Below, piece after piece: positions 52,419-64,000 of a stretch of DNA of 64,000 bases. The notes under the pieces are model-generated. The model saw nothing but the letters and a program-made list of their open reading frames with translations, was not told the origin of the DNA and did no database searches. Position numbers and translations under genes: made by a program. Source of the DNA: the human T2T-CHM13v2.0 reference genome, Homo sapiens; the NCBI RefSeq assembly GCF_009914755.1, contig NC_060934.1; one strand, written 5' to 3'. Each line of letters opens with the position of its first letter. Position 1 is the stretch's first letter.

Positions 52419-53719
52419 CGGAATGAACACTCTTAATCATAGGCATCCTTGCCCTCATCAAACTCAAGATTGTTTACTGTTTGTCATTATAATTTTGATT
52501 AATGTCATGAAAAGGGATGCATGGAGTATTCTAGGAATATAGCAGGGACCCATTGAAGGTTTCAGGGAAAACCTGAAGGCAATGATGTTTAAGATGAGAC
52601 AAGAAAGTAAAAGTAAAGTAGATAAAATGAAAGAATGAGGGAGAAAGTGTGTTTTGGGGAGGGGAGGTGATTAAGTATCTTCTGCCGAAAAGGAAGCCAT
52701 GTTTGCAACTAAAGGCAAGATTAAAAGTCATGGCTGGTGCAGAGAGCACTGGGGAAAAGTGTTGCAGATATGACGCTAGAAAGAAGTCACGTCTTGGAAG
52801 GTCTGGCAAGTCATTTTAAGGACTTATAAGTCTTACATGAAGGTGAATGGAAAACATCGAAGAGGTTTGACATGGCTCTTCAAGAAGATGATTTTGGCAG
52901 CAGTGTATAGGTAGAAAAATAGGAGGACAGTAGGTAAGTTAAGATATTGCACTTAAGTGAGATCCAAAGAGGGTCTAAGCTACAGTGTTAGCAGAGGACA
53001 TTGAAAAGAGGGATATATGACAAAAATTACAGGGTGTTTGTACCACCTGGCCCTTTTGAGTTGGTGTGATCCATCTATGCCTACACCTTCTTGGCCTTTC
53101 AAGTCAAGTATCACAGGCTCCCTGGTCTAGGCAATCTCTTCAGATTCCTCCTTCTGTTATCCAGTCTGGTCCCAGATATTAATATTGTCTGCCTGGCTGG
53201 AACCTTTGGGTTCTTATCCTAAACTACCTCTCCTCTGGCTTATATCAGACTCTTCTACACGTTGGACCTCAGCTGTCCTATTTGATGGGCCTTCTGGGAC
53301 CCTTTCAGAGGGAGGGATCTAGACAGAAGGAGAATCTGAACAATTTGGTACTTTTCAAATTGTGAAGGAGTGGGATGTGAAGAGAAGAATTAGATGGTAA
53401 CTCCAAGGTTTAGAGTTTGAATTACTAGAACGAATAAATGCATTTTTACTGTAAGCCTTCATAAAACAGATTCAAATACAGCTTTTACTTGGCTACTTTG
53501 GATTTGTCTAAAATAGATTTTTATTTATGTAATTCCTCTGATGGAAATATTATATGTAGAGAGTGTGATCAAGAGTCCGCCATCTAAACAGGAAGCCATG
53601 TTTGAAAGTAGAGGCAAGATAGCATTTTGGGAAATTGAATCATTATGCCTGGTGCAGAGAAAACTGGGGGAAAGTGGTTGAGATGTGAGGCACTGAGTAA
53701 ATAATGTCTGTAATTCTGA

Positions 53720-54057
<338 letters not shown>

Positions 54058-55759
54058 TAAATTACACTCTTCATAGTTCACATTCAATATATATGACTGA
54101 TGTGGCAAAGTCACATATTATTGCTTTCTTCATCTTCCTTTTTTGTGGCAGTTGGCTGCATTATTATTTTTTAAATAAACAGCTTTTGCCAGAGAGACTT
54201 GATCCAAGGAAACAGCAAAGCAGATAGGACCAGTTTGTTGAAGTGAGTTTGGTTCCTATAACTTCATTAATTGGATGTGTCAGCATTTTGAAGTCTTCCA
54301 GGAAGAATCTACATGGTTTAAAATGCAAATGTACTTTAATTCACAGGCTTAAAGAGGTTCTGTATTTGGAGACATTTCTGATGATCGTTTGACATCTTTC
54401 TATTGAAATAGCTCTAGTCAACTGGATAAGGAGATCAGGGCCTGAACTGTAAGCCCATGAAATGTTTATTTACAGACAAACCAAATACAGCTTATATATC
54501 CTTTTAGAGGCAACATGAAAAATGCAATCCAGTAAGAATCACTGTCTTGTTTTAGGAATTTTGAGGTAAAGATTGTTGTGTCATGTTAATTAATTGCCAG
54601 TTGAGCCAGGAGTTTTGAAATAATGCTTTCACAGGCTTTGGACTCAATAATTTAAATTTTGGGCTGTAAGTCAGCCGCTTGCATGGACTGTTTAATGTCC
54701 TTTACACACAACCAGTGGGGTATGTATTATATCTATTATGGAGATTTAGATCTTCTGACTGTTGAAGCTAGAAAACAACAAAGCATTTTTAGTCTGGTCA
54801 GCGTAATTTTTTAGGGAATATTTACTGCATTGCGTCATATTAAGTTTTATGGTAAATATGGCAGTTCTCACTTGTTTGCTTTTATTCTCCTCTCTTCAGA
54901 TTGGCCTGTTACCCTTCTGGGAGCCAGGAGATTAATGCAGGCCCCTTCTCTTACATTCCCTTCTTTGTTTCCTTTTATTTGTTTACTTTGTTTGAATTAG
55001 GCTGCCTCATCTACTTTTAGATTTTAAGTCCCCTAGAGGCAGGGATTGTGTCTAGGTTGGTTTTATGGAGAACACTCAGCATATTGTGGGGGTGTTATAA
55101 ACATGCCATCTGTGGCAATTTAAAATTCAGTTTCAGACCTTTCAGTACTTTTCTTTGTGTCTCGTTGTTTATAGAAATCTGAACTAGAATAGAGGTGCTT
55201 AGCAATGTAAGGCTATATAAATCCATTAAATATACATTTTTGTGGCTTTATTGTAAGTGCTTTTATAGTTCTAGTCATGATATAAAGGCACTATCCTTTA
55301 ATTTACTGATCATTAATATCTTATATTTTTATTTTAAAATTTAGATACTTCTAGCTAGTTTTTTTATTTGAATATTAATCACATTAGAATAGAAAATTGC
55401 TTCATTGGCACAGACTACTTTTTTGTGGAACATACTTTCACCAGTTTGATGATATTTATTGCTTGATCTGTTTAGGTATAGGGTTGACTTGTTCTAAGCT
55501 TATTTTTGTCTCAAAGGGGAAGAAGGAAATAGAATCAACAATGCATTTCAATTTTAGATTAAAAGTCACTGGAAATGAAACCGAAATACACAAAATATAT
55601 GTATACTCACACAGTGTGCTTCTATAATGAATTCTTTTCATATACAGATTTATTACTAGTCTTATTATTTGATAGCCATCTTTTCCATTATATGAATTCT
55701 ATAGATCCTTGCCCTTTTTTTTATGTTATCATTATGTTATTCGTTGTGGCAAAATACAT

Positions 55760-58170
55760 TTTAAAAGTTACAATGTAAACTTTTTGTTTCAGTTATACAG
55801 ACATAAGTATACAGCTTGACCAATTTTTACAAAGTGAACAAACCTGTGAAACCAGCACCCAGCTCAAGAAATAGTATTACAAGGACCCTAGAAACCCTTT
55901 CTTCTCCCTTCTTAGCTTTACCTCTGTCGTCAAGGTAAATCACTATTCTAATCTCTATCACCGTACATTACTGTAGCCTGTTTTTGAACGTTATTTAAGG
56001 GGAATCATACAGTATGTATCTTTTGTCTCTGGCTGCTTTTGCTCACCATATTTGTAAGATTCATCTATATTGTTGCCTGGAGCTGTAAGTTCATTCATTC
56101 TTACTGCATGAATATGCTTCGAGTTGTTCGTTCTACTGTTGGTGGACTTTGGGTTGCTTCTGGTTCGTTCTACTGTTGGTGGACATTGAGTTGCTTCTGG
56201 TTTGGGGCTATTACAAATAATGGCACTTTGGCATGCATATTCACTTTTCTGTTGGGTATATACTTAGCAGTAGAAATGCTAGGTCATAGAGTATTTCCGT
56301 GTTTGCCATTAGTGGTTACTATCAGTTTTCCTCTTCCACCAGGAGTTCCAGAGTTCCATTTGCTTCAAATCTTTGCCAACACTTGTACTCTCTTCTATTT
56401 CATTTAAATCATTGTGTTGGATATGTAGTGGCATAGCATTTTGGTTTAAATTTGCATATCCTTGATGACTAATGAAACTGAGCCCCTTCTGATATATATA
56501 TATGTATTGGCCATTTGGGTAGCTTCTTTTGCAAAGTGCCTGTTTATGTTTAAGCTGCTTTTTAAAAAGTTGATCTGTAGGAATATCTTTTACATATTCT
56601 GAATGAGCCTTTTGTCAGATACATGTAATATTGCAAATATTTTCTCTCACTTTGTGGCTTGTCTCTTCACACTTTTAATGGGCCTTTTGGTGAACAGATG
56701 TTCTTAATTTTAATCAAGTCCAAATTTTTCATTTTTTCTTTTATTGTTAGTGCTCTTTGTGTCCTGTTAAATCTCTGCCTTTATGGGGTTTTAAAAAGCT
56801 TTATTATTTTAGCTTTCACACTTAAACCTACAGTCTATTTAGGATTGATTTTTGTATAGTCATGCATTGTGTAATGACAGGGATAATTTCTGAGAAATGC
56901 ATCGTTAGGCAATTTTGTCATTGTGCAAACATCATCGAGTGTACTTACACAAACCTAGATGGTACAGCCTACTATACATCTAGGCTATATAGTGTAGTCT
57001 GTTGCTCCTAGGCTAGAAACCTATACAGCATGTTACCGTGCTGATACTGTAGGCAATTGTAACACAGTGGGAAATATTTGTGCATTTAAATATAGCTACT
57101 CATTAAAAAGGTACAGTAAAAATATAGTATAAAAGAGAAAAAATGGTATGCCTGTATAGGGCACTTACCATAAATGGAGTTCGCAGGACTGGAAGTTGTT
57201 CTGGGTAAGTCAGCGAGTAAGTGGTGAGTGAATGTGAAGGCCTTGGGCATTACTGTACACTGCCGTAGACTTTATAAACACTGTACATACACTTAGTATA
57301 TACACATTTATATGAAAAATATTTTTCTTTCTTCAATAATAAATTAAACTTAGCTTACTGTAACTCTTTGTTTATAAACTTTATTTTTTTAACTTTTTGA
57401 CTCTTTTGTAATAGCACTTTGCTTAAAACACAAAACACATTATATGGCTATATAAAAATATTTCCTTTTTAATATCCTTGTTCTATAAGCTTCTATTTTA
57501 ATTTTTTTCACATTTTTTTCACTTTTTAAGCTTTTTTGTTAAAAACTAAGACACAAACCCACACATTAGCCTAGGCTTACACAGGGTCAGGATACTCAGT
57601 ATCACTGTCTTCCACCTCTACACCTCCACATTTTGTCCCACTGGAAGGTCTTCAGGGACAGCATGGAGTTGTCGTCTCCTCTGATAACAGTCCCTTCTTC
57701 TGGAATATCTACTGAAGAACCTGCCTGAGTCTGTTTTACCGTTCTTTTTTTATTTTATAAGTAGAAAGAGTACATGCTGACATAATGATTAAAAGTACAA
57801 TGTAGTAAATACATGAACCAGTAACATAGTTGTGGATTATCACTGTCATTTATTATGCACCATACACAGTTGTATGTGCTATACTTTTATAGGACTGGTA
57901 ACACAGTAGATTTGTTTACACCAGCATCACTAAAGCATATGAGTAAGACATTGCAGTGCGATGTTAGGATGGCTACAAGGTCATTAGGTGATAGGAATTT
58001 TTCATCTCCATTATAATTTTATGTGACCACTATATATGCAATCAGTTGATTGAGACATTATGTGGCACGTAACTGTATATTATTTGAGGTAGGGGGATCA
58101 AGGTTGTTTTTTCCTCATATGGATACCTAATTGACCCAGCACCATCTATTGAAAAAAAACTTTCCCTCTA
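55760..58170 (-). mobile_element. Old L1M fragment interrupted by a Tigger3-like DNA transposon (~56858-58076)
   Basis: L1 3' motifs flank agtcatgca...ttctgagaaatgcatcgttaggcaatttt...gtacttacacaaacctagatggt...taactg, with TA flanks. Confidence 0.8.
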
Positions 58171-58876
58171 CTAGAAATGTCATTGTTTTCACTTTTTAAT
58201 TTTTGAGTTCTGGGTTTCACATTTCTTTTTTTTCTTTCCATTTTCAACACATTGTCACAGTAGCTAAAGGTGAAATAAGTACTCTTGGTCCCATTCAGAT
58301 GCCAAACACCATCACTTTTGCTTCCACATCAAAAGTGGAAGCACTTTTGTTTGCCTGAGACAGTGATGATATGCTAAGTTAGGTTTAAAGGATATGTTTA
58401 TTTCCTATGTGCAACTTTCTGTATTAAGGCTTTGCAGAGCTCCCAGGGAGCAACACTCACTTTGGGGCCTGTGTGAATGGTGTCCTTTGTTGTCAGTGGC
58501 ACACGGTCTGTGTGGCAAGATGGCAGCAGCCCTGAGTCCTACTTGTAATAACTGGCAAATTAAAAAAAAAATCATGGATGTGGCGATATGTGCCTGGAAT
58601 CCCAACCACTTGGGGAGGGTAGGGCGGGAGGATTGCTTGAGCGCAGGAGTTTGAGTCCAGCCTGGGCAACATAAGGAGACCCCCATCTCTTAAATCGAAA
58701 AAAAAAATTACTATTTCTATGCCCCCAGCAATCTACCATTTCACAAATAGGGGTACTAAAGTGTGCCCCAAGTTTAAAGAGATGGATAGGAAGTAAACTC
58801 TGAGGCAATCCTTGTGACTTTTCAGAATTTACCAGGTCTTATCACCTTACTTTTTAATATTTCATATATCAGTTTC

Positions 58877-58976
58877 TATTTTTGATTTAGAAGGTAGTTT
58901 ACATCAGTTATTTTTACTAGTTCCTTATTTTTGATTTAGAAGGTAGTTTACATCAGTTATTTTTACTAGTTCCTTA
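58877..58976. repeat. 49-bp perfect tandem duplication
   Basis: tatttttgatttagaaggtagtttacatcagttatttttactagttcct occurs twice. Confidence 0.9.
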
Positions 58977-60497
58977 CTAGATCACTCTTCTGTCCTAGGA
59001 TAAACTTTCTTTCCAGGGTTCCCTGCAGTATTCTAAACTTTAGTGACACATTCAGAAGGGGACCCTTGAGACTTATAGCTACTCTTGTATTTCCTTGGAG
59101 GTACAACTTCTGTAGCTACTTTTAAGTTTCTAAGAACCTAGAGGACCTCTTTGCTATAACTTTTAAGCTACATCTTGTAAAAATATTGTTTCCACAAATG
59201 AGTAAGTTCTCCTTTAATTTCATGCCCCAGTTTAATCATCAACAATGTGCCTGACCAGTGATTTATGAGGATTTTTATTAGCATCATAATCTGATACTAT
59301 TGCATTAAATCTTTAATGCCTTGGAGGGGTATAGTTGGGATGAAAGTATAAAATCTGAATAATGCCTGTTAGAAAGGATGTAGAAGTACTTAATAAATTT
59401 CTACATTTAGCCCATCTGGTTAAGTTAACCATGGAATAAACAAACAAACAAAATCTCTGTCCACGCCACAGACTGCAGCTTGTCTGTGGGCAGCTCTGTC
59501 ACTAAGGATTGCCAGTGGTTAGAAGACGACTTACTTTGAGATGAGGTCAGCTCAGCACAAACCCCTAACTCCCCTTGGAAAGCAACCCATAGCTGTGTCC
59601 TGAAAGTAGGTCAATACCATCCTAAATAAACAATAAGGAATGTTTAGAGCTTTGAGATCTTCTGAACTAGAGAAATGGAAACAAAAATTTAACAAGAATT
59701 TTGTGTGGCTTTGGATACTTTGCTAGAATATATAATACATTCTGTAAATTGAAAATAGTTGTGACAATGGCATAATATCTTAGTAATTAATATTCTTTTG
59801 ATATTCATTTTTGTGTTTCACATGTTATTTAAAAGCTCACCATAGTGTTTTCAAGTGACCTGCACTATTCTAACACCTGTTATACTTTTTACCGTATGCA
59901 ATCTGCATATCTATATAAAAGAATAATTTATTTTGATTTGATTCTCTAATCACTTGCATTTGTAAAATATTGAAATTTGAGATATTTATCTTCTACTGAT
60001 GAAATTTTTCTTTAAATTTTATTGCTGATTCAAATAATACCAAACACCTTATGTGAAAGGCATTGTGCTAAGTATTATGGCGGGATCCATAAATAAAGTG
60101 CATAAAATTCTTAGTTTTAAAAAACATTCCGGTAGAAGAGGAACAGATGGGGGAAAGTTAGCATTTATTAAGCATCTATTATACATGTCGGGTATTAAGC
60201 TAGGTGCTTTACCTATGTATTTTTATACATGGGTATGAAATTTTAATTCTCAGTACAGTTCTTAAAGGTAACCAGAGATGTCCCCATATTACATACGGCA
60301 CACTTGAGACTCAAAGAGGTTAAGTAAATTGCCCAAGGTCACACAGCTAGTAATTGGACTTTGAAAAGATAGCATTAAGGAAAGCAGGTAAAATTTGATC
60401 ATGGGAGATGAAAGGAAGGTTATTTTAGAAGAAAGAAAATTATAAGGGCCAGAAAACTTAACTGTGTCTAGGAAACATCCAAGTAGTCAGGTTATAC

Positions 60498-61337
<840 letters not shown>

Positions 61338-64000
61338 CAAGTTTGTGAAGGGGAACCCAAATAAGAGTGTAGGTTTGGGACTAGATAATGAAAAGATGTT
61401 CACTGGGGGAATTTGGTCTTTACTAAGCAATGGGGAGCCACTGAAATAAAGTAGAAGAGTGAAATAAAAGGAGCTGTGCTTTTAGAAGATTTTTTTTATT
61501 GCAAGTAATGCCTAGAGTATCGGAAGCAGTTACAATTGAACTGTAATTGATATTTGAGGTAACTGTGGTAAGCAACGTAATGGGTTTTGAGGAAGAATAT
61601 AAATATAGTACATCTGATTAAATACAAAGGACAGACAAAGAGGAAAGTCAAAACAGTGCTAAGATTTTGAGCCTTATGACTGGTTGGCTTATGTCCCATT
61701 AACAGGCATGGGGAGTACAGGAAAATAATTAAGCTTGGGAAAGAAAGTAGGGAATTAAGTTTTAGATTGTATATAAAAAGTTTTACCTCTAACATTTTGA
61801 AATAATTTTGTCTTACAAAAAAGTTGTTAAAATAATAAGGTTCATATATATCCTTAACCTAACTTCCCCTAATACAACTTATATAACCACTGTGCAGTTA
61901 AACAAGGAAAGCAACCTTGGTATCACGCTATTAACTACACACATAATTCAAATCTCACCAGTTTTTTTTCACTAATGCCTTCTTCCTGTTACAAGATCCA
62001 ATCTGGGATCCCACACTGGATTTAATTGTTGGGTCTTCTTAGTAGCTATCCTCCAATCTGTGACAGTACCTCAGTCTTTCTTTCATTGTCTTATAAAACA
62101 TTTTTAATGAAAAGAGAAGATGCTTAATATATATGTAGAGGAAAAAAAACCAATGCCATTTTATCTCTTTTTTTATATTTATGTATTTATTTATTACCTC
62201 CATTCTCTCAGAGTGGGATATTTTATCTTTTAAAATGCTTAAGAACCTGAATAAAAATCTTTATTTTTCTTTAAAAAGTTACAAAAGTATTATAAAAAAT
62301 TAAATGGTGTAGAAAACATAAAGAAGTAGCAACCCAGTAGTATCTCCCAGAGATAACTACCATTAACAATTTGTTGTGTATCCTTTTATTTATTTATTTT
62401 TGCCTAGAATTTATATGTATATTATGAGATCATAATGGGCATACTGTCCTGTAACTTGTGTTTTTCATTCAATTGTATATTACGTTCACTTAACATTTTT
62501 CAATGTCAATATATATAGATCTGTTTCACTGTTTTAAATAGCTACTCAGTATTTCATAATATGGCTGTATTATTTCATGAAGCCATTCTCTTATTGATGG
62601 ACCTTTAGGTTATTTCAGTTTTCATACTTATACAAGATGCTGCAGTAAATATCCTTATATATGTATCTTTAGCTACCAGGGCAGTAATTTCTATGAGGTG
62701 AAATTGCTGGGTCAGAGACCATATCCATTTTCTACTTTTGCAGTTATTACCAAATTTCCCTCCAAAAGACTGTATCAACTTATCCTCCCTCCAACAGTGA
62801 GTGACATGCTTATTTCCCAACAAAGCTGTGGATGGAAGTATTGTAATTGACAATGGTTTGGTCCAGGTATGGTCTTGTGGGTGCTTAACTATACATTGCT
62901 CGCTCTCTTTTTTCCTACAAATCATTGCTTTGCTTTTGTAACACACATATGTAGATAAAATACTTAATGAAAATATTGAATGCTTTTAAATCCTTTGTCT
63001 TTGAGATCTTTTAATGCAGCATGTGATAAAGACAAAAGCATGGCCATGAAGAGTTCTTGGCAGGAAGCCTGGGGGGCTTATGAAATCGTTATTGGGAGGC
63101 TATTTATAGGGTGCATCTTAGATTTCTAGGTAGTGGTGGAATAGGAAGAAATATTCAAGAAGTGGGAATCTGGGGTATATAAATTGTTCTCAAGAGGGAC
63201 TTCTATTAGAGTGAGGAATGTGGAGTTAAGTCCTGGCTCTTCAGAGGTTCCTATGGTCTTGAGCAAGTTGTCTAATTCAGTGTTAATTCTTACTTGGTGA
63301 GTAGGGGAGAAGGGCAAGGGAAGAGAGTACTAATCCTAACATATCCGTTTGGAATAACATAAAAATCCTTAAATTATCTTTAATACCCCATATGTAGTAG
63401 TGGTGCTAAAAGCAGATAACTAAGAATGTCAGTTATAGCAGAGAAAGCATAGATCAGGTAGTAAGGCAGTTCCAGAAAAACTTAGAGTAATCTAAATCAA
63501 AAGAAAGAATTCAACAAATAAAAGTGATCCTTGATTTTGTCTGTCATCTAAAAGTACACTGGCTGCTGCACAGACTAAGCAAAAAAAGTGGGGTTTTTGT
63601 TTGTCTAGTTGTAGTTTCTATTTGTTTTATATTTTCACCTCATTAACACATCTCAAAATTTTCCAAAATATCTTCATTTTTCTTTTTTCAAATTTAAAGT
63701 CTGTATTTTTGTGGACCAGAGTGGGAATGTGTTGTACCTTTTGTTTTCTGTAGGTCATTCTATCTGCACATACGCATCCTAGTTTCAGTTACGTATTTCT
63801 GAAAAAATAACAGGACGTATTTCCAGACACATGGATTGACAAAGGGATAGAACATTAGGAATCTAGACCCTCCTAAAAAGTGTAGGTTATGTAAGTCTCC
63901 TCCCCAAAGCATTACTGTAATTATTTGTGACAAATAATGATCCATGTGAATATTAAGGATGTTTGATATACTATCAGCTGCCTCTTTCCTATGTGGATGA

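Overview
Primate (almost certainly human) genomic DNA, AT-rich and repeat-dense. The only intact protein-coding feature I can support is exon 1 of UBE2D1 (CpG-island promoter at ~40.9-41.9 kb; ATG at 41311, MALKRIQK, GTGAGT donor); the rest of the window to 64 kb is its intron 1. The 35 kb upstream looks intergenic. Reading the minus strand by hand, however, gives about 13 decayed coding exons between ~5.5 and 36.2 kb. They have AG/GT splice signals, several phase-compatible junctions, long frames broken only by scattered stops and frameshifts, and L1MB/Alu/L1PA insertions inside exons. This is best explained as a fossil of a large multi-exon gene (~7-8 kb of coding sequence), head-to-head with UBE2D1, with RGS-like motifs at the N-terminal end and C2-like motifs at the C-terminal end. 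The domain calls are pattern-level inference, and I cannot tell whether this locus is already annotated. An old intronless BAG1 retrocopy that still has a CpG-rich 5' end sits in one of its introns. There is also a twin-primed (5'-inverted) young L1PA nested in the linker of an AluY. All translations were done by eye, so exon edges and repeat boundaries are approximate.
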